The notes under the pieces: generated by a model
What the model was told of the DNA's origin: nothing
Seen by the model: the letters and a program-made list of their open reading frames with translations, nothing else
Database searches by the model: none
Origin: Nitrosopumilus sp.
Lineage (GTDB): Archaea > Thermoproteota > Nitrososphaeria > Nitrososphaerales > Nitrosopumilaceae
Direction: 5' to 3'
NCBI GenBank assembly: GCA_963667665.2
Contig: OY763927.2
Coordinates: 192,001 to 256,000, forward strand
Length of the DNA: 64,000 bases
Part shown: positions 51,944 through 64,000 of the stretch, in pieces
Layout of the letters: every line of letters starts with the position of its first letter
Position numbering within the stretch: position 1 is the first letter of the stretch
Program-made: the position numbers and the translations under genes

Positions 51944-53350
51944 TTAGTTCACTGAAATACTTCCGACCATCCAAGGATGAACCATACAAAAGTAATCGTA
52001 GCTTCCTGCCTCATCAAAGGTGAATGCATATACTGCATCTGCCATGACTAGACTGCTATCAAATACGCCTGATGGGCCATTTGCTGGACTACCACCAGTT
52101 ACTGTATGTGCGGCTGTGTCTACATTCATCCAATGTACTGTGTCTCCAGCATTAATTGAGATGTCTGCTGGTGAGAAACATGAATTAGTTTCTTCACATC
52201 CTGGAACTGAAGTTCCTACTGGCATTTCAACATGTACTGTTGTTGGTCCTTCCATAGTTTCTTCCATCATGACTTCTTCTTCCATCATGACTTCTTCTTC
52301 CATCATGACTTCTTCTTCCATCATGACTTCTTCTTCCATCATGACTTCTTCTTCCATCATGACTTCTTCTTCCATCATGACTTCTTCTTCCATCATGACT
52401 TCTTCTTCCATCATGACTTCTTCTTCAAGTTCTAAAGTTTCTCCTGCAGTTGCACTTACAGAATAACTGACAGTAAATTGGTTTGTATGCATTGTGTGAA
52501 CAGCTAAAGCATTACCTTCGAATTCCCATGAACCCATTGCATTATCTGGATCAACAAATGTCAATTCAAATATTGTTTCACCATCTGGAGTCCAAGTCAT
52601 TGCTGGGTTTTCATCAGCGCTAACTGGTCCTCTAAGTGTCACTAGTTGAATATTTTCAGAAGCAGAGTATGAGAGAATTCCTGAATATACATCACTTGAT
52701 GGTGCAAGTAGTATTGCAATATGATGTGATTCATGACCCATACCTGGATCTGGCATTGACATGGTTGTACCCGTCATTACAGTATCAGACATTCTTTTTT
52801 CTGTATAGTCTATTTTGTAATCAACTGTGAATGGTTCGGTATTCATTGTGTGTACTGCTAAAGCATTTCCGGCAAATTCCCATTTGCCTTTTGCGTTATT
52901 TGGATCAACAAATGTTAATGCAAACTTTGTTTCACCGTCTGGAGTCCAAATTGCTTGTCCTTTGTCTACACCATCTGCTAATGGACCATGTAGTGTGACG
53001 AGTTGAATCTTTTCAGATGCATCATAATTGAGTGTACCTGAATATACTTTGTCACTTGGTGCCAATAGAATTGCTATTTGGTGAGTCTCATGTCCAACAC
53101 CTGGGTCTAACATAGATGTGGCTCTCTCCCAACCTGATTTTATTGGGTTTCCTGCTTTCTCCCTAATTTCTGCAGCCAAATCTGCACCAAAGCCTTCTGA
53201 TGTTTTTGGCTCTGAAGTTTCAGGTGAAACCATTGGAGTAGAGACTGTAGGACCTGCATCTTGGATTGAGCCTCCTGTGGCTATAAATCCTAACGCTATT
53301 GCTACAATTGCCATTGTTAATACAATTGCGGCTTTGTTTATACTTACCAT
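51944..53350 (-). CDS. membrane-anchored blue-copper (plastocyanin/azurin-like) protein with duplicated His-containing domains and a Met/Glu repeat
   Basis: C-terminal AAHTVT...YFCMVHPWM type-1 Cu ligands; two DPG.GHE.H.IAILLAP domains; N-terminal TM/signal segment. Confidence 0.9.
   Translation of the reverse strand: MVSINKAAIVLTMAIVAIALGFIATGGSIQDAGPTVSTPMVSPETSEPKTSEGFGADLAAEIREKAGNPIKSGWERATSMLDPGVGHETHQIAILLAPSDKVYSGTLNYDASEKIQLVTLHGPLADGVDKGQAIWTPDGETKFALTFVDPNNAKGKWEFAGNALAVHTMNTEPFTVDYKIDYTEKRMSDTVMTGTTMSMPDPGMGHESHHIAILLAPSSDVYSGILSYSASENIQLVTLRGPVSADENPAMTWTPDGETIFELTFVDPDNAMGSWEFEGNALAVHTMHTNQFTVSYSVSATAGETLELEEEVMMEEEVMMEEEVMMEEEVMMEEEVMMEEEVMMEEEVMMEEEVMMEEEVMMEETMEGPTTVHVEMPVGTSVPGCEETNSCFSPADISINAGDTVHWMNVDTAAHTVTGGSPANGPSGVFDSSLVMADAVYAFTFDEAGSYDYFCMVHPWMVGSISVN
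52259..52426. repeat. perfect 18-bp tandem repeat (about 9.3 units) encoding (EEEVMM)n
   Basis: TTCTTCCATCATGACTTC units; nine CATCATGAC cores spaced 18 bp apart. Confidence 0.95.
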
Positions 53351-54113
53351 AATTGATCTATCACTTACTATATGCTAAATAAATCTAATTGTTCCTATTA
53401 CGTTCATAATTTCAATTTTTCAAGCATTTGGAATTTTGTAATCTGTTTCATTGTTTTTTGGTGTTAATTTTATTTCTGAAATCTTGGGTTTTTGATATTT
53501 TTGAAATATTTACAAAAATTCTAGAAATCAATTGAAAATTTCACATGATCGCTTTAATCGAAGATTAAGTGTTGTCAATGATATTAAACAATTCTTTCTT
53601 TTATGAATCTGGTATGTAATATCGGTGGCATCGCAAATGAGCTGTCACCATGTAACTACTCGTTTTTGGTCTTAAGCTCTTTTGCATTAATATTTTTTCT
53701 GGCGAAAATAGGGGATTATATACAACAGTACACTAGATATCAGGTTTGGTTTCTAGTGTTAAATTGTATGCCAACATGCAGATGATGCCTCAATATGAAA
53801 AAATGCAAAAAAAAAGAAGATGTCATGGATCTAATGATGGTGTGAAGAAATTGTCAGTATCGTTGATTGTATCTAATGCGTTTTGTATTGTTTCATTGAA
53901 GTTAGGCATAGTGTCGAATGCGCATTTTCATCTCCATGACATCGGACGTAAAGAAAAACAGATATTTGTCGTATTTCAGAATGTCGTTGGTAGTCTTTTG
54001 CTGCGTAAAGTCTGTGTGTTGTTAATCCCCATCACCTCCTCATAACCATACTACAAAGTAATACTTTCTCGTTTTAAATATTTGACTAACTGCCGTGGCT
54101 CTGGGTCTGCAAA

Positions 54114-54599
54114 ATGATCCCAGGCGCAACAGAAATAAGTCCAGTGTTCGGGTTGAGTTTGGTAATAAAGAAGCGTCTCAAGGAAACAAAGGATGGGAGA
54201 AAATGGAAATATCTGACGTATGCCACAAATTTGGAACGCCAGTACATAAAACGAACCATCAAAGATATTCCAGAGGAGTACAAAAAGCGATGGCGTATAG
54301 AGAACAACTTCAAATCAGTTGAACAGAACCGCGCCCGCACCGGCAGCCGAAATCATTCGATCAGAGTCTTTATGTTCTTTCTATCTATGACCGTGTGCAA
54401 CCTGTGGTATACGGCAGTGCGAAAAATAAACAATATGATGGAGACCAAGCGGAGACGACGTGTCAAAATAAATATTACAGCTAATGTATTCTTGGCACTG
54501 CTCATTGTATTGGTCAAAAAGATCATAACATCAGTAAACAAAGAATTGAATTATTATCTGCAATGTGTGCGATAGGGGCACATTTTCAACTTCTGACAT
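54114..54599 (+). mobile_element. 3' fragment of the same ISH3/IS4-like family as 4213..5564
   Basis: YKKRWRIENNFKSVEQ...YYLQCVR nearly matches 4236..4649; end GGGGCACATTTTCAACTTCTGACAT matches the reverse complement of 4213-4236. Confidence 0.88.
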
Positions 54600-54627
54600 C
54601 CATCCCTGACGGGTCGACGGTCCTACA

Positions 54628-55813
54628 TCACGCCGCGGCTAGTGCATCGTGCACGGCCGCGCAGGCAATCAAGGTGCGCCACGGAGTGCCGTTGATCATG
54701 ATCCCAGCTGCTTTGGCAGAAGTCATCCCGCCCAATCCAAAGTGCGGCTTGATAAAGTTGTGGTGTACAATGAGCAGCTTGAAAAGAGGCGATTCGCGTT
54801 TCTTGATGCCGCGCACACCCTTGAGAACATCTCCGAGTTCGCCATTGAATCGCTCGTGGCCGTTGTTGCTGCAATATTTTTTTGTCCAGTGACAGTCTGC
54901 CACGTGCACTGGACGCGGACCCCGGCATGACCAAAAGATCTTTTTGAACGCTTTGCGGAAAGGACGTAGTCCGTCAGTCACAAACACACTGGGCCTGAAC
55001 CCTGTGGCCAGACGAGCCTTGTCCAGCAGTCCAGTCGCGTCGTAATTCATCTTGCCAGTGGATGTCTCCATGACAGTACGAATCGGGTGGCCGTGTCTAT
55101 GACTGAAAACAGCCAGCACTCTTTACCTGACACCCTCTTGTACTTTTCATCGGCACTCCACCTGTAGCCTGCCGACGGACGCAATGTGGTTGCGTATCGC
55201 TCCACCAGACCCGCGTAGTGCGTGGCCCAGCGCGCAACTGTAGCCGGGTGGACCCGGTTACCACAATTTGCAAACATCAGCGAGATGTTGTTCGGGGAGA
55301 TGCCAAAGCCAAATGCCATCAAACCGAAGATTATCATGGACGGGTCGTGCCTCCTGTGCTCAAAACCAGGCTTGCCAGTAAACCGACGATTGCATTTCCG
55401 GCACTTGAATGTCTGGGTAGGATCCCGGTGCTTGTGGTATCTATTTCCGTTCTTGCAGAATTTGACTGACTTGCAGTTAGGGCACTTGACATCTGGCTTG
55501 TCTAATGTCATCGGCTCGCCTGCATCCGGGACGTTTACCTGGGACACCAAGAGCATCTCCACTGCCACGATGTGCTTGCACCTTGCCCATTCCGATTTAC
55601 ATGGTAGGAACACTTGCAGGTGCAACCATTCTCGCTCAGCGATACCACATATTCTTGCCCCTCAGGTTTCGAGCGTACACCCCACCGCCCACTACCGAGG
55701 CCCTTGATCTGATCCCCTGCAGATAATATCCGGGTCGCTTTGCACTCGATCGATTTCAAGGAAGACGCGTTCTTCTTCCTCCCTGAACCTTTCTTGCCGT
55801 TGTTTCTTTTCAT
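54628..55813 (-). pseudogene. IS6-like DDE transposase with SWIM and Zn-ribbon N-terminus, split by frameshifts
   Basis: three overlapping ORFs: CTC..CKH (SWIM-like), CPNC..KNG..CRKC, WSADE, TDGL, NNGHERFNG. Confidence 0.75.
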
Positions 55814-56222
55814 ACCTAGTATTTGCAGGCAATGTACTTTGGTGACACATGTAAAATTAATCGCACATAGTGATCAAATCTTGTCTGGATTCTGGAGAAC
55901 GTGCAGATCACGCGAGTTTGCTAGAAGAACCGAACCCAACGGTAGAGGCGACCAAGCACTTTTCGTGGTCACAGTGTGTCTTGCCTAACACTTGTTGCTT
56001 TCTCCAACATCGTCCCACCAAAGAAACATGTGTATGTATCATGGGCGTGTCTTGCCTAACACTTGATTGCTTCTTCCAATCTTGGGATGTCGCCTGTCAG
56101 AGTTATGTTTCTTCTGCCTGTCATATTTTCGTCTAGATCGCCATGCGCGTCCGCATTATCTGTTGCTATGATCATGCGGCGGTTACGTAATTTGCCATAT
56201 TCGCATATCGCGTTAGCCAATT

Positions 56223-57193
56223 CTAAATATCTTTGATCGTCTCTGTCCTTGAATGTATTATATAGAAATTAATTCCGCTAGTCATTGACATCCTCTTCCA
56301 TCCATACGGTTGCTCTTTCTGATCCCTTCTGGCATCTTTTTTGCTATGAGGTGCCATCAACGGGGTTTGACCATTCCTGATGTCCAGTGAAAAGTGCGTC
56401 CTTTGCTCGTTGTAAAACTCCATGAATTCCTCTACACTATCAAAGTGCACAAACTCACTTTCAAGCGTTCCAAAGAACCGCTTGAGATTTCCATTGGTCT
56501 GGGGGCGGTATGTCTTGGCAGTTATCGGCACGATGTTGTTGGCAACGTTTCTCTTCAAACGCGGTGAGCATCCGTCGTCTTTTCGGACATCCAAGCTTTC
56601 CTCCTGCAAAGCACTGCCGTTGTCAGAGCATCGGGACAGGTGCATGGTGTACTGGGATATGGCCTGACGCAGCATCGATGCGGCATTCTCAGACGTTGCG
56701 TTCTGGAACACGCTGGCCCCTGTAACGCACCTGGATACATCATCCAAAAACACTATCAGGTTGAGCCTTTTCAGGTGTGAATCCTTTATCAGGTGCCAGT
56801 CCACATGCCACATCGCATTGGAGTACCTGCACGCATACTGCACCTACTTACATTTCCTTGATTTTGCAGGGAATGAGACGATCAGTCAGTTGGACTTTAT
56901 TATCTGGTATATGCGCCGATGACATGTATGGGCCCGAGTTCTTTGCGATCTGTAGCACACATGCAACCCAAAGCGTGTACATCCAGCATCGCTTTTACTT
57001 CTTCAGGTGACAAGATTGACTGGCAGTCCTGGCTTCCTGCAAGTGGCTCTTGCCGTCATCCCTGCACTCCATCCACAACCGCCAGACGTGCCTAGGTAAC
57101 TCCAATCTCCTTTGCCACCGTTCTGGCGTCCTTGCCTTGCTCCAACTGTCAGATGGCGTATCGTGTGGATCTGTCTGTCAGTTTTGGTTTCAT
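56223..57193 (-). pseudogene. IS481-like integrase-core (rve) transposase remnant
   Basis: NAMWHVDW, LDDVSR, SDNGS, RPQTNG..RFF, YNEQRTH..L..QTP; degraded N-terminus from ATG 57193. Confidence 0.75.
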
Positions 57194-57539
57194 AGTCTCC
57201 TCTGATTTGTGCAGTCTAAAGTAGTCTGTCAGCACACGCTTGATTACGTTATGGCGACATGATTTCAATACAACACAATTGCAACGTGTATGATCAGGTT
57301 TGCGTCTGAGAATTGACAAAAGCATCTATAAAATTAGGCTGCGATCATTTTAGACTGCATTTATGCGTAAAAAGCATGGCTAATCTGACATGCAAATTCT
57401 ACGCGAGGAGGTTAAGCAATACATACATATATTTAATAACGAAAATTGCAATTGTGAAGATTGATGACTTTTACGCATATATTTTTCAATATTTTGCGCA
57501 CAAATTGTTCTGTACCTCCGACATTATCCTCCGAGGAAG

Positions 57540-60500
57540 ATGACGGTCCTGCCGGCAGCAACGCTGGCAGTCATGCTGGTCATGACGCTTGTGGTAACAG
57601 GTGGTGACGGGGCAGTACTGCACGACGGCGGACCCTGGCAGGTGTCTGCGCCGAGCTTGCAGTCCTACCTGCAGGTCAGCGACACCTGGCCGATTCCGGA
57701 TCCGACTGCATCCGTGCCGCTACCCCGATACGCCTTTGCGCAGGTTTCAGGCAATACGCCCCCGGTGGTGCAGGCAGGAGGCGACCTGACCGTCGGGGAG
57801 GGCAATACTGTCATGCTCTCAGGCTCTGCCACAGATACCGACGGCGATCCCATGACATACATATGGTCGCAGACCGACCCTGTTACCCCTCGCATCACGT
57901 TTGCTGATGCTTCTGCATCTTCCACCACCTTTACGGCGCCCTCTGTCACAGGCGACACCACCTTTACTTTTGTCCTTACCGCACATGACGGCACACAGCC
58001 TGTCACAGACACGCTGAATGTCACCGTAAAGGAGACGGGCGCCGCCTTTATCACCACCTGGGCTGTCAGCGACTCTGACAGGAACATAACCCTTCCAATG
58101 ATGGGCACGTACTCTATCCTGTGGGGTGATGGATCCCACAGCCCGAATGTCAACGACTCCCAGTTTCACTCGTACGATGCCGCCGGAATCTACACCGTCA
58201 CCGTACTGGGTGAGGGCCTTGAGCGCATCCGGCTTTTCGGCGATACTGCAAACGCGCGCCAGCTCATATCGATTGAGCAGTGGGGCGGCACGAAATGGAT
58301 TACCATGGATGCTGCGTTTGACGGGGCGACCAATATGGTGTACCGCGCAACTGACGCGCCGAATCTGTCGGGCGTTACCAGCATGGGTTACATGTTCAAC
58401 GATGCCTCCTCATTTGACGGCGACCTCTCTGACTGGAACGTCTCGTCTGTCACCAACATGGTCTTCATGTTCAACGGTGCCTCCTCCTTTGATCAGCCCC
58501 TAGACTCCTGGAACGTCTCGTCTGTCACCGGCATGACCGGCATGTTCGAAGGCGCCACCTCCTTCAACCAGCCCCTCAACAGATGGAACGTCTCGTCTGT
58601 CACCTTCATGAACGAGATGTTCAACGGTGCCTCCTCCTTTAACAGGCCACTGGGCTCCTGGAACGTCTCGTCTGTCGTCAGCATGAGCGACATGTTCGCT
58701 GGCGTCTCCCGCTTCAACCAGAATCTGGGGACATGGTACATCGTGCCTGCCAGCACCGACTTTGATTCAGGTGCCAGCTCGCTTGATGTCACAATCATAT
58801 CTGCGCAGAACCTGTATCTGAGGGACCAAAATCCGATCTACGGGATGGGATCCGGCGGCAATTCGGACCTGTTTGAGATGCGAGGATCCACCCTTGCGTT
58901 CAGGAGCGCCCCGGATGTGGGTTCCTACACGGCCAACGTGAGGGCATCTGGCAGCGACGTATTTGAGAACGGCAACAACTGGAGGATGCTGGAGATAACA
59001 GTGCACGACATTATCAACAACCCGCCGGTGGTACAGGCCGGAGGCGATCAGACCGTCGGGGAGGGTGATACTGTCATGCTCTCAGGCTCTGCCACGGATC
59101 CCGAAGATAATTCCATAACGTACACATGGTCGCAGACCGGCCCTGTCGCCCCTCGCATCACGTTTGCCAACGCTTCTGCATCCTCCACCACCTTTACGGC
59201 GCCCTCTGTCACAGGCGACACCACCTTTACTTTTGTCCTTACCGCACATGACGGCACGCAGCCTGCCACAGACACGCTGAATGTTACCGTAAAGGAGACG
59301 CGCACCGCCTTTATCACCACCTGGACTACCAGCGACTCTGACAGGGACATAACCCTTCCACTGGAGGGCGCGTACTCCATCCTGTGGGGTGATGGTTCCC
59401 ACAGCCCGGATGTCAGCGGCTCCCAGTCCCACTCGTACAATGCTACCGGAACCTACACCGTCACCGTACTGGGTGAGGGCCTTGAGCGCATCCGGCTTTT
59501 CGGCGATACTCCAAACGCGCGCCAGCTCATATCGATTGAGCAGTGGGGCAGTACGGAATGGACCTCTATGGATCGTGCGTTTTACGGGGCGAAGAACATG
59601 GTGTACCACGCAACTGACGTGCCGAACCTGTCGGGAGTCACCGACATGGGTTCCATGTTCATCAGTAACATTGCCTTCAACGGCGACCTCTCCGACTGGG
59701 ATGTCTCGTCTGTCACCGACATGGCCTACATGTTCTCCAGTGCCGTCGTCTTCAACGGCGACCTCTCTGACTGGGACGTCTCGTCTGTCACCGACATGTC
59801 CAACATGTTCTCCACCGCCGTCGTCTTCAACGGTGACCTCTCCGACTGGGACGTCTCGTCTGTCACCGACATGTCCAACATGTTCTCCACCGCCTTTTCC
59901 TTTAACAGCGACCTCTCAGGCTGGGACGTCTCGTCTGTCACCAACATGAGCCATATGTTCTCCACCGCCTCCTCCTTTAACAGCGACCTCTCAGGCTGGG
60001 ACGTCTCGTCTGTCACCAACATGAACAGTATGTTCTCTAACGCTTCGTTCTTCAGGCAGAATCTGGGTTACTGGTACGTCGTACTGAACAACACCTCCAT
60101 ACGTGCCGATGATACCTCCAACGTAGTTGGAACCATATCTGCGCAAAACCAGGCGCTTGACGATCAAAACCCTACGTACGGCCTCGGCGCGGGCGGTGAC
60201 TCTGACTTCTTTGTGATCACTGGCAGTACCTTGAATCTAAACCCGACTGCCGACTATTCTAACAAGATCTGGTATTCAGTCAGCATCACCTCGACTGGCG
60301 ACTTTGGCACCGGCAACCACCGTGTATATGGTATAACAATATCTGACACAGACACCACGATTTCAGACACTGCCCCAACTGTTACGTCAATCAAGAGATA
60401 TGACCCGGCAGTAGAAAACACCAACAGCCAGACATTGATATATAAAGTGATCTTCAGCGAGGACGTGACGGGAGTAACTGCATCCGACTTTGTCCTGTCT

Positions 60501-63500
60501 CCTAGCAGTACGGGAAGAGTCAGCGGCACCACCCAAGTCACCGGCATCTCAGGCTCCAGCGACACGTACTACGTTACAGTCTCCTCATCTACTGACGGAA
60601 CATACAACCTTGATCTTGTCTCATCAGGCCACGACATTGCAGATGCTGCAAACAACTCGCTGACCAACACGGCTACCACCGGGGCAGACGAAACATACAC
60701 CGTCAGTACCGCAGTTATAGACAACACCAACCCAAGACTTGCATCAATTGAGAGGTCCAGCCCGACATCCCAGAACACGGACAGCCAGTCTCTACTCTAC
60801 AAGGCAACCTTTAGCGAGGATGTCACGGGAGTAACTGCATCCGACTTTGTCCTGTCTCCTAGCAGTACGGGAAGAGTCAGCGGCACCACCCAAGTCACCG
60901 GCATCTCAGGCTCCAGCGACACGTACTACGTTACAGTCTCCTCATCTACTGACGGAACATACAACCTTGATCTTGTCTCATCAGACCACAACATTGTCGA
61001 TGCTGCAAACAACTCGCTGACCAACACGGCTACCACCGGGGCAGACGAAACATACACCGTCAGTACCGCAGTTATAGACAACACCAACCCAAGACTTGCA
61101 TCAATTGAGAGGTCCAGCCCGACATCCCAGAACACGGACAGCCAGTCTCTACTCTACAAGGCAACCTTTAGCGAGGATGTCACGGGAGTAACTGCATCCG
61201 ACTTTGTCCTGTCTCCTAGCAGTACGGGAAGAGTCAGCGGCACCACCCAAGTCACCGGCATCTCAGGCTCCAGCGACACGTACTACGTTACAGTCTCCTC
61301 ATCTACTGACGGAACATACAACCTTGATCTTGTCTCATCAGACCACAACATTGTCGATGCTGCAAACAACTCGCTGACCAACACGGCTACCACCGGTGCA
61401 GACGAAACATACACCGTCAGTACCGCAGTTATAGACAACACCAACCCAAGACTTGCATCAATTGAGAGGTCCAGCCCGACATCCCAGAACACGGACAGCC
61501 AGTCTCTACTCTACAAGGCAACCTTTAGCGAGGATGTCACGGGAGTAACTGCATCTGACTTTGTCCTGTCTCCTAGCAGTACGGGAAGAGTCAGCGGCAC
61601 CACCCAAGTCACCGGCATCTCAGGTTCAGCGACACGTACTACGTTACAGTCTCCTCATCTACTGACGGAACATACAACCTTGATCTTGTCTCATCTGACC
61701 ACAACATTCGATGCTGCAAACAACTCGCTGACCAACACGGCTACCAACAGACCACATACACCGTCAGTACCGCAGTTATAGACAACATTACTTGCATCAA
61801 TTGAGAGGTACAGCCCGGCATCCAAGAATAGACATCTATCTACAAGGCAACCTGATAGGCATGTCAAGTAACACTATCACGACTTTGTCCTGTCTCTAGC
61901 AGTACGGGAAGAGTCAGCACCACAACACCGGCATCTCAGACGACAGCCGTACGCCCCGTTACGCATCAATTCCCATAGGTCCAGCACATTGTCGATGCTG
62001 CAAACAACTCGCTGACCAACACGGCTACCACCGGACCAACACGGCACACGAAACATACACCGTCAGTACCGCAGTTATAGACAACACCAACCCAAGACTT
62101 GCATCAATTGAGAGGTCCAGCCCGACATCCCAGAACACGGACAGCCAGTCTCTACTCTACAAGGCAACCTTTAGCGAGGATGTCACGGGAGTAACTGCAT
62201 CCGACTTTGTCCTGTCTCCTAGCAGTACGGGAAGAGTCAGCGGCACCACCCAAGTCACCGGCATCTCAGGCTCCAGCGACACGTACTACGTTACAGTCTC
62301 CTCATCTACTGACGGAACATACAACCTTGATCTTGTCTCATCAGACCACAACATTGTCGATGCTGCAAACAACTCGCTGACCAACACGGCTACCACCGGG
62401 GCAGACGAAACATACACCGTCAGTACCGCAGTTATAGACAACACCAACCCAAGACTTGCATCAATTGAGCGGTACACTCCTGCAACCGAGAATACGGACA
62501 ACCAGACACTAGTCTACAAGGCAACCTTTAGCGAGGATGTCACGGGAGTAACTGTATCTGACTTTACCTTGTCTTCTGACAGTGCGGGGGGAGAAAGCAC
62601 ATCCACCTCAACTGGACAGTTCACACAGACAAGATCCCCCCACCTTACCATACCTGACCTTGCAACTGTATCTGATACCATCACAGTCCCTGATTCTGGA
62701 ACTGCCACATCCGTCTCAGTTGAAGTAGACATTACGCATAACTACATCGGCGATCTCAAGATAGACATTATTGCCCCTGATGGCACTTCAATAACACTAC
62801 ACGACAATTCTGGCGGCAGCACCGACAACATAGACCAGCCGTACGCCCCGTTATTTGGAAGCATCCCCATCTCAGGTGTCTGGACCCTGCAGATACACGA
62901 CAGGGATGCTCCCGATCCAGGAGTCCTGAACAGCTGGACACTTACCATCAATTACGGCGATACTGCCACAACTCTCAGCTCCGTCACTGACATCTCAGGT
63001 TCAGGTGATGTGTACTATGTGACAGTCTCTGCATTACAGGACGGCACATACAACCTTGATCTTGTCTCATCAGACCACAACATTGTCGATGCTGCAAACA
63101 ACTCGCTGACCAACACGGCTACCACCGGTGCAGACGAAACATACACCGTCAGTACCGCAGTTATAGACAACACCAACCCAAGACTTGCATCAATTGAGCG
63201 GTACAATCCTGCAACCGAGAATACGGACAACCAGACACTAGTCTACAAGGCAACCTTCAGCGAGAATGTCACAGGGGTGGATGTATCTGACTTTATTTTG
63301 TCTCCTGACAGTGCCGGGGGAACAGGCGGCGGTAGCAGCCCTGTTACTGACGTCTCAGGTTCAGGTGATGTGTACTCTGTGACAGTCTTTGCATCAACTA
63401 ATGGGACATACAACCTTGATCTTATCTCATCAGGTCACGGCATCGCAGATACTGCAAGCAACCCGCTGACCGACACGGCTACCACCGGGGCAGACCAGAC

Positions 63501-64000
63501 ATACACCGTCAGTACCGCAGTTATAGACAACACCAACCCAAGACTTGCATCAATTGAGCGGTACAATCCCGCATCCCAAAACACGACCAGCCAGACGCTG
63601 ATCTACAAGGCAACCTTCAGCGAGGATGTCACAGGGGTGGATGTATCTGACTTTACCTTGTCTTCTGACAGTGCGAGGGGAGAAAGCACATCCACCTTAA
63701 CTGGACAGTTCACACAGACAAGATCCCCCCACCTTACCATACCTGACCTTGCAACTGTATCTGATACCATCACAGTCCCTGATTCTGAAACTGCCACATC
63801 CGTCTCAGTTGAAGTAGACATTACGCATAACTACATCGGCGATCTCAAGATAGACATTATTGCCCCTGATGGCACTTCAATAACACTACACGACAATTCT
63901 GGCGGCAGCACCGACAACATAGACCAGCCGTACGCCCCGTTATTTGGAAGCATCCCCATCTCAGGTGTCTGGACCCTGCAGATACACGACAGGGATGCTC
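57540..64000 (+). CDS. giant repetitive surface protein (PKD-like + DUF285/BspA-like repeats + 119-aa Ig-like repeats + proprotein-convertase P-domain-like modules); frame broken at about 61630-62040; runs off the window
   Basis: signal-like N-terminus; duplicated PPVVQAGGD...AFITTW modules; W(D/N)VSSVT.M..MF 25-aa repeats; frame resumes near 62041 and appears open to 64000 with [20 protein letters not shown]...GVWTLQIHD. Confidence 0.8.
60453..62460. repeat. near-identical 357-bp tandem repeats (119 aa) inside the giant surface gene
   Basis: CATCCGACTTTGTCCTG at 60481, 60838 and 61195 (period 357); later copies partly garbled; a further 1089-bp period covers the P-domain module (62514 vs 63603). 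Confidence 0.9.

Noticed and set aside
52259-52426. short-period repeat as a possible CRISPR array
   Set aside because: units are contiguous with no unique spacers, lie in frame within a CDS, and no cas genes are present
53603-54045. short ORFs between the cupredoxin gene and the IS fragment
   Set aside because: no motifs or consistent coding signal; probably decayed sequence
57760-64000. repeat pairs in the adhesin as a diversity-generating retroelement TR/VR
   Set aside because: no reverse transcriptase in the window, differences are not visibly adenine-specific, and all copies are coding domains

Overview
This window looks like a Nitrosopumilaceae-type (Thaumarchaeota/Nitrososphaerota) chromosome segment, possibly from a host-associated lineage such as a sponge symbiont. 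The taxon call is inferred from gene content; the lifestyle is inferred from the many IS remnants and a GC-rich giant adhesin. An AT-rich core carries pepF, ppa, an intron-containing tRNA-Val, rpl40e, sucDC, a Dps-like ferritin, ileS, purD, folD, purN, glycerate kinase, uvrBAC and a cupredoxin. Three accessory blocks interrupt the core. (1) At 1-7.1 kb is an island with a compact, translationally coupled Ubl - E2-like - JAB - E1 operon. It has the gene order and motifs of bacterial BilABCD-type ubiquitin-like antiviral systems, here in an archaeon, and lies next to a divergent DUF6293-like wHTH regulator, an IS and a DNA methyltransferase. This is the top candidate for an undescribed system. 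(2) At 25871-38584 is a ~12.7 kb integrated element bounded by a 12-bp direct repeat. It encodes two tyrosine recombinases plus a fragment of a third, an SF3/D5-like helicase, a HEPN-like protein and a TcmP/DUF5131 pair. (3) From 54 kb to the window end are several degraded IS elements and a giant repetitive surface protein (PKD-like, DUF285/BspA-like, 119-aa repeats, P-domains). All family assignments come from motif recognition by eye; no database searches were run.
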